Source of the DNA: Bacteroidia bacterium
Lineage (GTDB): Bacteria; Bacteroidota; Bacteroidia; Bacteroidales; VadinHA17
Assembly (NCBI GenBank): GCA_026391215.1
Contig: JAPLDX010000121.1
Location: 1-50,759 of the forward strand
Length of the DNA: 50,759 bases
Direction of reading: 5' to 3'
In this document: in pieces, positions 36,832-46,791 of the stretch
Numbering within the stretch: position 1 is the first letter of the stretch
Layout: each line of letters starts with the position of its first letter
The notes under the pieces: generated by a model
What the model was told of the DNA's origin: nothing
The model's input: the letters and a program-made list of their open reading frames with translations, nothing else
Database searches by the model: none
Position numbers and translations under genes: made by a program

Positions 36832-36839
36832 TATTTTTG
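36832..36839 (+). promoter_or_regulatory. Bacteroidota -7 promoter motif for pheT
   Basis: TATTTTTG 27 bp upstream of the pheT ATG. Confidence 0.6.
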
Positions 36840-36865
36840 CCTACTGTTAATTACTTTCATTTAAG

Positions 36866-39319
36866 ATGAAGATCTCATACAACTGGATTAAAGATTATCT
36901 TGACATTGATATTGAACCCAATAAGCTTTCAGTGATCCTTACAGGATTAGGCCTTGAGGTTGAAGCGATGGAGGAATGGGAATCTGTAAAAGGCGGACTG
37001 AAAGGGGTTGTGATAGGCGAAGTGCTTACCTGTAAAAAACATCCTGATGCGGATAAGCTTACCATAACAACAGTGAATGTAGGTGGTTCTGAGCCGCTTC
37101 ATATCGTGTGCGGTGCACCGAATGTAGCAGCCGGACAGAAAGTACCGGTAGCCACTGTCGGGACTGTGGTATTTAAAGGAAATGAAAGTCTTGAGATAAA
37201 GAAATCAAAAATAAGAGGCGAACTTTCCGAAGGAATGATATGCGCCGAAGATGAGCTCGGTCTTGGAACCCTGCATGAGGGTATCATGGTACTCGACAAG
37301 GATGCGGTACCGGGAACGCCGGCTTCCGAGTACTTTAAAATAGAAAAGGATTCTGTCTATCAGATTGGCCTGACTCCCAACAGGATAGATAGCGGTTCGC
37401 ATTTCGGTGCAGCAAGGGACCTTGCTGCATATCTCAATATCAATAAAGTCAGGAGTACAACTGCCAGGCTTCCCTCTGTTGATGCATTCAAGCCGGATAA
37501 TAACGACAATCCTTATGAGGTCATTATAGAAAATTCAACAGATTGTCCCAGGTATACCGGAGTGACAATCAGCGGAGTTAAGATCGGAGAATCACCGGAG
37601 TGGCTGAAAAACAAGCTCATGGCAATAGGACTCAATCCTATAAATAACGTGGTTGATATCACCAATTTTGTTCAGTATGAGATAGGGCAGCCTCTCCATG
37701 CATTTGATGCCGATAAAATTGAAGGTAAGAAAGTAATCATCAGAAACTTGCCTGAAAAATCAAAGTTCATTACGCTTGATGGCACAGAAAGAAGCCTTTC
37801 ATCAAAGGACCTGATGATATGCAATACAAAGGATGGCATGTGTATTGCCGGGGTGTTCGGAGGAATAAGGTCGGGAGTGACTGAATCCACAAAGAATATA
37901 TTTCTTGAAAGTGCTTACTTTAATCCTGTCACAATAAGGAAGACTGCAAGGAGGCACGGACTTAATACTGATGCATCTTTCAGGTTCGAAAGAGGCGCTG
38001 ATCCCGAAATTACTACCTGGGCGCTGAAACGGGCATCGCTGCTTATCAGGGAGATCGCAGGCGGAAAAATATCCTCCGAAATTAAAGATGTCTATCCCAA
38101 AAAGATAAACAGGGAAAAAATAGAAGTGAGCTATAAAAGCATCGACAGGCTGATAGGGAAACAAATTGATCACCAGATAATCAAAAAGATACTCGTACTT
38201 CTTGATATTAAAATCCTGGAGGAAAAGGGAGATTCAATAACACTTGAGATACCTCTTTACAGAGTTGATGTACACCGCGAAGCCGATGTCGTTGAAGAGA
38301 TAATGAGGATTTACGGATATAACAATATTGAGATTAGCGATCATGTAAATTCTACTCTCACATATGAGGAAAAGCCTGACAGGGAAAAAATAGTAAATAT
38401 TATCTCTGATATGCTTACGGCCAACGGCTTTGCAGAGATAATGTGCAATTCACTCAATCCTTCATCATTTTACGAGAACGACGATTTCAACAGGGAAGAG
38501 CTTGTAATGCTTGCCAATCCTCTCAGCTCAGATCTTAATGCAATGAGACAATCGCTTCTTTATGGCGGTCTCAGTTCTGTAAGCCGGAACATAAACCGGC
38601 AGAATCCCGATCTCAGAATGTACGAATTCGGATACTGCTATTTCTCAAGAAAATCAGATCAGTCATTCCCGGGTGTCGATAATTTTACAGAAACCAGATC
38701 TCTCGACCTGTTCATTTCGGGAAATACCGGCCCCAAACGCTGGAACTATAAAACGAATCCTACCGGATTTTTCAATATCAAGGCATCCGTGGAAATGATA
38801 CTTTCAAGGCTTGGGATTGCAACTGACAGCTTGTCTTCGGGTGAAAGCAATAAAAGATACTTCTCTGAATCCTTTACCTGGTCAGACAATAAGAAGGTGG
38901 TTGCAGAGGCAGGCATGATCTCCAGGGAATACCTTAATAAATTCGATATCAGCCAGGATGTTTATTATGCCCATATTGACTGGGATCTGGTCATTAAACT
39001 GATTAAGAACCATTCAGTATCATACAATGAATTGCCAAAATATCCGTGGGTAAGGAGAGATCTTGCACTCCTGCTCGATAAAGATATTAAATTCGGGCAG
39101 ATTAGGGAAATTGCATTCAGAACTGAAAAGCATATTCTGCAGGTAGTTGATCTTTTTGATGTTTATGAAAGCGACACTCTTGGTCAGAACAAGAAATCAT
39201 ATGCAGTCAGTTTTATACTCAGAGATGACCTCAGAACTCTGATCGACAAGAATATAGAGAAAACAATGAACAATCTGGTCGCTGCTTTTGAAAAAGAAGC
39301 AGGTGCAAAAATAAGATGA
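36866..39319 (+). CDS. pheT: Phenylalanine--tRNA ligase beta subunit
   Basis: MKISYNW, HPDADKL, IVCGAPNV, LTPNR, INNVVDITN, SFRFERG and RRDLA (anticodon-binding domain). Confidence 0.98.
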   Translation: MKISYNWIKDYLDIDIEPNKLSVILTGLGLEVEAMEEWESVKGGLKGVVIGEVLTCKKHPDADKLTITTVNVGGSEPLHIVCGAPNVAAGQKVPVATVGTVVFKGNESLEIKKSKIRGELSEGMICAEDELGLGTLHEGIMVLDKDAVPGTPASEYFKIEKDSVYQIGLTPNRIDSGSHFGAARDLAAYLNINKVRSTTARLPSVDAFKPDNNDNPYEVIIENSTDCPRYTGVTISGVKIGESPEWLKNKLMAIGLNPINNVVDITNFVQYEIGQPLHAFDADKIEGKKVIIRNLPEKSKFITLDGTERSLSSKDLMICNTKDGMCIAGVFGGIRSGVTESTKNIFLESAYFNPVTIRKTARRHGLNTDASFRFERGADPEITTWALKRASLLIREIAGGKISSEIKDVYPKKINREKIEVSYKSIDRLIGKQIDHQIIKKILVLLDIKILEEKGDSITLEIPLYRVDVHREADVVEEIMRIYGYNNIEISDHVNSTLTYEEKPDREKIVNIISDMLTANGFAEIMCNSLNPSSFYENDDFNREELVMLANPLSSDLNAMRQSLLYGGLSSVSRNINRQNPDLRMYEFGYCYFSRKSDQSFPGVDNFTETRSLDLFISGNTGPKRWNYKTNPTGFFNIKASVEMILSRLGIATDSLSSGESNKRYFSESFTWSDNKKVVAEAGMISREYLNKFDISQDVYYAHIDWDLVIKLIKNHSVSYNELPKYPWVRRDLALLLDKDIKFGQIREIAFRTEKHILQVVDLFDVYESDTLGQNKKSYAVSFILRDDLRTLIDKNIEKTMNNLVAAFEKEAGAKIR

Positions 39320-39831
39320 TGAAAAACAAGAGGGTTGAGCTGGTAAAGGGGGATATTACTTCACTCGAAGTTGATGCCATAGTAAATGCAGCCAATAGCT
39401 CATTGCTTGGCGGCGGAGGGGTTGACGGGGCGATTCATAAAGCTGCCGGACCTGAGCTGTATAAAGAGTGTGAAGGGCTTAAAGGCTGTGCAACAGGCGA
39501 GGCAAAAATCACCAGGGGATACGGACTGAAAGCCAAACATGTTATTCATACTGTGGGACCAGTATGGTATGGCGGCTATCGTGATGAACACGTGACTCTT
39601 GCATCATGTTATCAGGCGAGTCTCTCTATTGCGAAAAAGAACAAAATAAAGACGATCGCGTTCCCCGGCATTTCAACAGGGGTTTATGGCTTCCCGAAAG
39701 ATCTGGCAGCGCTGATAGCCGTAAATGAATCGAACAGGTTCCTGAAAAAAAATGCATATCCCGAAAAAGTGATTTTTGTAGCTTACGATGATGAAAGCTA
39801 CGAAACATACCGAAAGCTCCTGGATCAATGA
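39316..39831 (+). CDS. Macro domain O-acetyl-ADP-ribose deacetylase (YmdB-like)
   Basis: GDIT, AIVNAANSSLLGGGGVDGAIH, VIHTVGP and FPGISTGVYGFP. Confidence 0.95.
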   Translation: MMKNKRVELVKGDITSLEVDAIVNAANSSLLGGGGVDGAIHKAAGPELYKECEGLKGCATGEAKITRGYGLKAKHVIHTVGPVWYGGYRDEHVTLASCYQASLSIAKKNKIKTIAFPGISTGVYGFPKDLAALIAVNESNRFLKKNAYPEKVIFVAYDDESYETYRKLLDQ

Positions 39832-40706
39832 GCTCTGTCCTTAGATCAGTTAAAAACTACCTGTCACTGGTCAGGTTCGCCCACACAGTCTTTGCAATGC
39901 CATTTGCACTGATAGGCTTTTCTCTCGCTGTCTCAACCGATGAGCACCAGTTCAGCCTGAAGCTGCTGCTACTGATCATTCTCTGCATGATCTTTACCCG
40001 TAATGCAGCTATGGGGTTTAACAGGCTGGCCGACAGAAGATTCGATGCACTCAATCCAAGAACTGAAACCAGGGAGATCCCTTCAGGAATTATCAGCACC
40101 AGATCGGCAGCTGTTTTTGTCATTATCAATTCGTTCCTGTTCATTGCAACAACTGCATTTATAAACAAGCTGACACTGTTCCTTTCCCCTGTAGCCTTGC
40201 TGATTATCCTCGGCTATAGCCTTACCAAGCGGTATACCTCACTTTGCCATTTTATCCTGGGACTTGGATTAAGCCTTGCACCAACAGGCGCTTATATTTC
40301 AGTGACAGGTACTTTTGCCATCATCCCGGTATTATTTTCTTTTATTGTTCTGACATGGGTAAGCGGATTTGATATCATTTATGCTCTTCAGGATGATGAA
40401 TTCGATAAAACCAACCGTCTTTACTCCCTCCCTTCAGCAACAGGAAGAAAAAGGGCGCTGATGATATCAATATCAGTACATTTGTTAACATTTTTCCTGG
40501 TAATAGCTGCCGGAATTATGGAAAGAGGAGGACTTTTCTTCTGGATCGGAGCCATAATCTTCACATTATTATTAATATATCAGCATTTGCTGGTAAAACA
40601 TGACGACATAAGCAAAGTGACCCTTGCTTTCGGCACGACCAACGGCATTGCGAGCATTGTCTTTGCTGTTTTTGTAATCGTTGATCTTTATATCCGGCAT
40701 CGTTAA
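39828..40706 (+). CDS. UbiA family polyprenyltransferase (MqnP-like)
   Basis: HTVFAMPFA, AMGFNRLADRRFDALNPRT, YSLTKR and GFDIIYALQDDEFD; multi-TM. Confidence 0.9.
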   Translation: MSSVLRSVKNYLSLVRFAHTVFAMPFALIGFSLAVSTDEHQFSLKLLLLIILCMIFTRNAAMGFNRLADRRFDALNPRTETREIPSGIISTRSAAVFVIINSFLFIATTAFINKLTLFLSPVALLIILGYSLTKRYTSLCHFILGLGLSLAPTGAYISVTGTFAIIPVLFSFIVLTWVSGFDIIYALQDDEFDKTNRLYSLPSATGRKRALMISISVHLLTFFLVIAAGIMERGGLFFWIGAIIFTLLLIYQHLLVKHDDISKVTLAFGTTNGIASIVFAVFVIVDLYIRHR

Positions 40707-40775
40707 GAAATAAATAATCATTAACTGATTTTCTCAATTTTTTTTTTGTTACTTGGCGCCGATAAAAAACCTTAT

Positions 40776-41897
40776 ATGGGAAATATTATTATTAAAGAAG
40801 TAGCTACCCGTAAAGAACTTCACGAATTTATTTTTCTCCCTGAAAAAGTCCATAAAGAAGAACCTGACTGGCTTCCGCCAATTTATATGGATGAAAAGCT
40901 TTTATTCGACAAGAAGAAAAATAAATCATATAAATATGCTGATGCGGTACTTCTTCTTGCATGGAAGGATAAGAAACCTGTCGGAAGAATTATGGGTCTT
41001 ATCAACCGCCGGTATAATGAAATCCACAACGAGCAGCATGGACGTTTTTGTTTCATGGAATGTTATAACGAACAGGAAATATTCCATGCTCTTATTGAAT
41101 GGGTCGAAAAATGGGTAAAGCAAAATGGCATGATCAAGCTTGTCGGCCCGCTCGGATTTTCCGATAAAGATCCACAGGGATTCCAGATAGAAGGTTTCGA
41201 GTACCCCATGTTTATTACAAGCGCCAACAATTCTTCCTATATGCCTAAGCTAATAGAAGCTGAAGGATATGAAAAGAAAGTTGACCTTGTGAATTACCTT
41301 GCAGATATGCCGAAGAAACTTCCAGAGATCTACGAGAAGATCCTTTCAAGACTCGAGAAGACTGAGGGATATAAGATCCTTGAGTTTAAATCAAAGAAAG
41401 AGCTCAAGCCTTTTATCATTCCCACGCTGGAAATTATGAATGAGACATTCATGGAGATTTATGGTTTCGTTCCACTTAACGATAGTGAAAAAATAGAGTT
41501 CGCGGACAGGTACCTGATGATTGTCGACCCTAAATTAATAAAGTTGGCTGAAGTTAATGGAGAACTGATCGGATTTGCCCTTGCATTGGCTGATGTGAGT
41601 CCCGCGATAAAGGCATGCAATGGCAGGCTGCTTCCTTTCGGGATATTTAAAGTTCTGAATGAGTCGAAACATTCAAAGAAACTGCTTATGATGCTTGGAG
41701 GTGTGAAAAAACCTTACAGGAGTAAAGGCGTTGATGTCCTTATGGGAGTTAAAATACTCCAGTCAGCATTAGAACATAAGATGGAGATCATTGACAGCCA
41801 CCTGGTACTGGAGGATAACACCAGGATGAGAGGCGAATATGAAAGGGTTGGCGGAAAGGTTGTGAAGAAATTCCGTATCTATCAGAAGACCCTGTAA
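40776..41897 (+). CDS. Tandem GNAT-fold protein (YghO-like)
   Basis: WLPPIYMDE, PVGRI, GRFCFMEC, GPLGFSDKDPQG and KKFRIYQK. Start at 40776. Confidence 0.75.
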   Translation: MGNIIIKEVATRKELHEFIFLPEKVHKEEPDWLPPIYMDEKLLFDKKKNKSYKYADAVLLLAWKDKKPVGRIMGLINRRYNEIHNEQHGRFCFMECYNEQEIFHALIEWVEKWVKQNGMIKLVGPLGFSDKDPQGFQIEGFEYPMFITSANNSSYMPKLIEAEGYEKKVDLVNYLADMPKKLPEIYEKILSRLEKTEGYKILEFKSKKELKPFIIPTLEIMNETFMEIYGFVPLNDSEKIEFADRYLMIVDPKLIKLAEVNGELIGFALALADVSPAIKACNGRLLPFGIFKVLNESKHSKKLLMMLGGVKKPYRSKGVDVLMGVKILQSALEHKMEIIDSHLVLEDNTRMRGEYERVGGKVVKKFRIYQKTL

Positions 41898-41928
41898 GTT
41901 GATCATATTGAGGAGGTTCCTCATTCTT

Positions 41929-43566
41929 TTAAAACCTGAATACGAAAGAGAATCCCAGCAGTTCCTTGAACTGGATCCTGGCGGTATTCTTTTGCTTGCC
42001 ATCAGTACCTAACACAGGTTGCTTTTCCTTGTCAAAAACAGGTGTCTTTGTATCATCATCAAAAATCAGGTGGGTATTGAATCTGACATCAGTGAACCAG
42101 TTAATGGCAGCTGTCACTATCATCTCCCAGTCAATATCTATATTCTGCGGATTATTTATATAATTAGTAAAAAGCTGAAGCCTGTTAGTTATAGTAACCG
42201 TACTTACCGGCTTGTATTCATTTGTGATCATGAAGCTCATACCAGGCTCATTTTTTGCTTTTTTCCCGGCGGGAATGCCATATTTTGTCTCATCAATTGC
42301 ATCCACTCCGACTACTCCGGTTGTATCGGTAACGAAGGTTCCTTTGTAAGAAAGTGGAGAAAAGTTTATTGAAGTATTCTTGTTTGGTTTGTAATCCAGC
42401 CCTAAACCTACAGTCAGAATCGCAGGATTAAAGAATTTTGAGACAAGGATCCTCGTGGTATCGTTTGGATAGGAAAATCCACTTGCCATCTGGGTTTTAA
42501 ACAGCATTATCGCACTGAAATCAAACTTCCCGAAGGCTTTGTGATTAAGCTTTGAATTTGTCTCCAGAAGGTCAAGATTCTTTCTTATATCATCACTGCC
42601 GTTCTTTATGAGCCCGTACTTTATCCTGGCAAAATTACCGGAAGTAATTTTCAGTTTCTTATTATTGTAGTCGGCATACCCTGTTATATCAAGAGCTGTG
42701 GATATGCTGCTTTCTCCTCCTTTTACCCAGTTTGTGAGTGAAGCCTGGTTCAGGGCAAATGAAGCTTCCGAACGGAACTTCCATAATTGTGACCTCACAG
42801 GTATTGTCCTGACATCCAGCAGAGTTGACTTGTCAACTTCCTGTACCTCAATCCTGGCATCAGAATAATTTCCCTGTTTGACAGGTCGCCGGAAATCGAC
42901 TCTCTTTTCAAGATACAAGCTGATGGTATCTTTTGCAGGAGCGCCAATCCACACGGTTATTGAATCATTCATCTCATTCCTTAACCAGTAACGCTTCATA
43001 ATGTCCGACCTTGAGTTAAGCCAGATATTTGTGACAGCTCCTCCCAGGCCTGTAACATGGATCATACTTGAATCACGGGCTTCCAGAAAATCCATCAGAA
43101 TTTCTACAGCCACCCTGATAGAATCGCCCTGGTATGGATAAGAATAATAAGTGAACGGGAAACCGGGTCTCTCCTCGCTTACTTTATGAAGCGTGTCAAT
43201 AACCACCAGAACCGAGGTATCCTTTAATAAAGCTGACGACACAGGTTCCCAGATATAGAACTTGTCCCAAGGAATATTAAGCGAATCATACGGATATCTT
43301 TTCAGGAAATATGCCGATGAATCATAAGGAGGATTTGATGCTTCATTCACCAGGTGTCTTATTGCCCGCCTCAGAGGATCACCGGTTTCTTTCCAGTATT
43401 GCGGCTGACACCTCTCCTGTAGTATTTTTATTGCCTGACCGGCTGACAATTCGATCCTGGGTGTTTCCTGCTGATCACCCGTATCGGTACTATCTTGTGA
43501 AATACCTGATATACTGATACTTATGAAAATGAATAAAAAAATGTTCCTGACTACTGTTATTTTCAT
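41929..43566 (-). CDS. DUF3078 domain outer-membrane protein with a long N-terminal extension
   Basis: Signal peptide; NQASLTNWVKGGES, SKFFNPA, LFTNY…NIDIDWE and QFKELLGFSF; ends in Phe. Confidence 0.85.
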   Translation of the reverse strand: MKITVVRNIFLFIFISISISGISQDSTDTGDQQETPRIELSAGQAIKILQERCQPQYWKETGDPLRRAIRHLVNEASNPPYDSSAYFLKRYPYDSLNIPWDKFYIWEPVSSALLKDTSVLVVIDTLHKVSEERPGFPFTYYSYPYQGDSIRVAVEILMDFLEARDSSMIHVTGLGGAVTNIWLNSRSDIMKRYWLRNEMNDSITVWIGAPAKDTISLYLEKRVDFRRPVKQGNYSDARIEVQEVDKSTLLDVRTIPVRSQLWKFRSEASFALNQASLTNWVKGGESSISTALDITGYADYNNKKLKITSGNFARIKYGLIKNGSDDIRKNLDLLETNSKLNHKAFGKFDFSAIMLFKTQMASGFSYPNDTTRILVSKFFNPAILTVGLGLDYKPNKNTSINFSPLSYKGTFVTDTTGVVGVDAIDETKYGIPAGKKAKNEPGMSFMITNEYKPVSTVTITNRLQLFTNYINNPQNIDIDWEMIVTAAINWFTDVRFNTHLIFDDDTKTPVFDKEKQPVLGTDGKQKNTARIQFKELLGFSFVFRF

Positions 43567-43804
43567 GACCGGTTGTTTTTTCACATTAAATTCCCTGTTG
43601 AATATATCATAAAATACTATTATTTTTACATTTTATTGCCTGCAGACTTTGGTCAATATATACTTAACAGTATATTTTTTGTTTGATATATACAAAAATA
43701 TCAAAAACCGGGATTCTTTTATTTCCTGATCTTATCTTCAATTATCAGAACATTCTTATGTATGGGTATTGACCGTACAATAAAATCAATTTAATGCTTA
43801 AATG

Positions 43805-43927
43805 CATGTACCCTTCCCCCAACCCCCTTCCCTGCTGAAGCAGGGCAGGGAGCTAAGTAACTGAATATCTCCAACTTCCCCCTCCTTGCTTTAGCAGGGA
43901 GGGGGATGAAGAGGGGGTGGGTACATG
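43805..43927. mobile_element. MITE/REP-like element CATGTACCC…GGGTACATG
   Basis: 123 bp with internal hairpins CCCTGCTGAAGCAGGG and CCCCCTCCTTGCTTTAGCAGGGAGGGGG; third copy of this family. Confidence 0.85.
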
Positions 43928-43981
43928 AGGAAAAAGAAATAAGAATTAAAATACTTATTGATAAACAATTAATTATTAATC

Positions 43982-45358
43982 ATGGAATTACCAATATTTG
44001 AACCATTTAAAACAAAGATGGTTGAAACGGTTTATAAAAGCTCCAGGGAGCAGAGAGAGCAATGGATCAAAGATGCATCCTTTAACCTCTTTAATCTTAA
44101 ATCCGACCAGGTAATCATTGACCTGCTCACCGATTCCGGAACAGGGGCAATGAGCGACAGACAATGGGCAGCAATGATGACAGGAGATGAAAGCTATGCC
44201 GGCGCTTCATCATATTATAACCTTAAAAAGGCGGTTACCGAAATAACCGGATTTGATTTCTTTCTCCCTGCCCACCAGGGAAGAGCTGCTGAAAATGTTC
44301 TCTTTTCAGCACTTATAAAAGAGGGTGACCTCGTTCCGGGGAACTCACATTTCGATACGACAAAAGGGCACATTGAATTCAGAAAAGCAATACCTGTTGA
44401 TTGTACGGTTGATATAGCCATGGATTTCACCGCATATTATCCGTTCAAGGGCAATGTTGATCTGGCCAGGCTTGAAGATGTTCTTAAAAGCAATCCCCGC
44501 GGAAAAATTCCCTGCATCATAGTTACAATTACTAATAATACTGCCGGTGGACAGCCTGTGAGTATGGAAAATATCAGGGGAGTCAGCCGGCTTGCCCGGA
44601 AATACGATACTAGTTTATTCCTGGATTCTGCAAGATTTGCTGAAAATGCATGGTTCATAAAGACCAGGGAGGAGGGTTATCCTGATAAGGGGATCAGGGA
44701 GATAGCTCTTGAAATGTTCTCATACACCGATGGCATGACAATGAGCTCAAAAAAAGATGCCATAGTGAATATGGGCGGTTTCACTGCTTACAGGGACAAA
44801 GAGCTTTTCAGAAAAGCATCTGCATATAATATTATATATGAAGGATTTATTACATACGGGGGGATGTCCGGAAGAGATATGAATGCCCTTGCACAGGGAC
44901 TATATGATGGAACTGATGAAGAGTACCTCAGGTCGAGAATCGGGCAGGTCGCATATCTGGGTTCCCTGCTGAAAGAATATGGAGTACCGGTGCTGGAACC
45001 ATTTGGCGGTCATGCAGTGTTCATTGATGCATATAGTTTCCTTCCCCTGATTCCGAAAGAAAAATTCCCGGGACAGGTGCTTGCTGTTGAACTTTATATT
45101 GAAGGAGGCATCAGAAGCGCTGAGGTAGGTGCACTCATGGCTGACAGGGACCCGGTAACACGCGAGAACAGATTCAGCGGCAGGGAGATGATAAGGCTGG
45201 CATTGCCTAGAAGGGTTTACAGCGACAATCACATGAAATATGTAGCTGCCGCAGTAAACGCCGTTTATGAAAGAAGAAAATCAATAAACAGAGGCTTGAA
45301 GATAAAATGGGAGGCGCCTATACTGCGTCATTTTACAGTTGAACTTGAAAGGTTTTAG
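43982..45358 (+). CDS. tnaA: Tryptophanase (PLP beta-eliminating lyase)
   Basis: IDLLTDSGT, HQGRAAE, HFDTT and MSSKKD (PLP Lys). The C-terminal LRHFT matches tryptophanase; tyrosine phenol-lyase has RFFT. Confidence 0.85.
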   Translation: MELPIFEPFKTKMVETVYKSSREQREQWIKDASFNLFNLKSDQVIIDLLTDSGTGAMSDRQWAAMMTGDESYAGASSYYNLKKAVTEITGFDFFLPAHQGRAAENVLFSALIKEGDLVPGNSHFDTTKGHIEFRKAIPVDCTVDIAMDFTAYYPFKGNVDLARLEDVLKSNPRGKIPCIIVTITNNTAGGQPVSMENIRGVSRLARKYDTSLFLDSARFAENAWFIKTREEGYPDKGIREIALEMFSYTDGMTMSSKKDAIVNMGGFTAYRDKELFRKASAYNIIYEGFITYGGMSGRDMNALAQGLYDGTDEEYLRSRIGQVAYLGSLLKEYGVPVLEPFGGHAVFIDAYSFLPLIPKEKFPGQVLAVELYIEGGIRSAEVGALMADRDPVTRENRFSGREMIRLALPRRVYSDNHMKYVAAAVNAVYERRKSINRGLKIKWEAPILRHFTVELERF

Positions 45359-45414
45359 CATCTGCTTTGTTTATTTCTCACAAATCATTTTCTTTGCAGC
45401 GCTAAAATTTAAGA

Positions 45415-46761
45415 ATGCAGGATCTTACCACCGGTAAGGAAGGAAAGCTCATCTTCCAGTTTGCGGCCCCAATGCTTTTGGGAAACATCTTCCAGCAGCT
45501 TTTCAGCGTGGTAGACAGTATTGTTGTCGGTAAATTCATCGGCAAGGAAGCTCTTGCTGCTGTCGGAGCTTCATTCCCTGTCATATTTATGATGGTTTCG
45601 ATGATAATCGGGATCGTCATGGGTACGACGGTAGTAATATCACAATACTTCGGAGCCAGGGATTTTGTCAAGGTAAAAAGAGCTATCGATACAATGTATA
45701 TTTATAGTGTCGTAGCGGGGGCAATCGCAACAGCCGCAGGACTGGTCCTCGCCGGTCCGCTTTTGCGTCTGCTTGGCACACCGGAAGAAATTATGCCACA
45801 GGCAATACAATACCTTAGGATCTATTTCTCAGGTATAATCATCTTCTTTGGTTATAATGGTACAAGTGCAGTTTTAAGAGGTCTTGGAGATTCAAAAACC
45901 CCCCTTTACTTCCTAATAATTGCTACTGTTGCCAATATTATCCTTGTCCTCTTATTTGTTGCTGTTTTTAAATGGGGTATTGCAGGAGCCGCATATGCAA
46001 CTCTTCTTGCAAACGGACTGGCATTCGGACTGGCTATATACTGGCTTAATAGTACCCACAAACTTATAAGAATCTCAATTACGGGACTCCATTTCGACAG
46101 GGAGGTTTTCAGGCAGAGTCTGAGAATCGGCTTGCCAACCGGGATACAACAGACACTTGTAGCAATCGGGGGACTGGCACTGATGGGTATAGTCAACAGA
46201 TTCGGAACAAACGTTCTGGCCGGTTATTCTGTTGCCAGCCGTCTCGATTCAATAGCTCTGGTGCCGGCAATGTCTTTTTCGCAGGCTCTTTCAACTTTCG
46301 TCGGCCAGAATATTGGTGCGAATAAGTTGGAAAGAATAAGGATCGGGCTCATAGCAACAGTCAAGATGTCGGGAATTGTAACAATTGTCACAAGTGCAAT
46401 CATTGTGATCTGGGGACACCTGATCATGAGTCTGTTTACAAATGATGCAGAAGTGATAAGGATTGGAGATCAGTATCTTACGATAGTAAGTATATTCTAT
46501 TTGCTCTTTACAATGATGTTTATTTATAACGGCATTATGAGAGGAGCCGGCGATACACTACTTCCAATGTTCTTCTCTCTTATCTCCCTCTGGTTAATAA
46601 GAATACCTCTGGCATGGTATCTGTCGGATAAGATTGGCGTAAGTGGAATATGGTGGGCTATCCCTGTTGGCTGGCTGATTGGACTTGTGTTCTCGTTCAC
46701 CTATTACAAAACAGGACGCTGGAAAAGGAAGAGTGTTGTGAAATATGATGAGAATTTGTAA
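45415..46761 (+). CDS. MATE family efflux transporter
   Basis: GNIFQQLFSVVDSIVVG, LRGLGDSKTP, GQNIGA and RGAGD; 12-TM pattern. Confidence 0.95.
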   Translation: MQDLTTGKEGKLIFQFAAPMLLGNIFQQLFSVVDSIVVGKFIGKEALAAVGASFPVIFMMVSMIIGIVMGTTVVISQYFGARDFVKVKRAIDTMYIYSVVAGAIATAAGLVLAGPLLRLLGTPEEIMPQAIQYLRIYFSGIIIFFGYNGTSAVLRGLGDSKTPLYFLIIATVANIILVLLFVAVFKWGIAGAAYATLLANGLAFGLAIYWLNSTHKLIRISITGLHFDREVFRQSLRIGLPTGIQQTLVAIGGLALMGIVNRFGTNVLAGYSVASRLDSIALVPAMSFSQALSTFVGQNIGANKLERIRIGLIATVKMSGIVTIVTSAIIVIWGHLIMSLFTNDAEVIRIGDQYLTIVSIFYLLFTMMFIYNGIMRGAGDTLLPMFFSLISLWLIRIPLAWYLSDKIGVSGIWWAIPVGWLIGLVFSFTYYKTGRWKRKSVVKYDENL

Positions 46762-46791
46762 CTTTCACTTTTATATTCAACACAGCAGGAG

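Noticed and set aside
43982-45358. Tyrosine phenol-lyase assignment
   Set aside because: The C-terminal RHFT favours tryptophanase, although substrate specificity is not proven from sequence.
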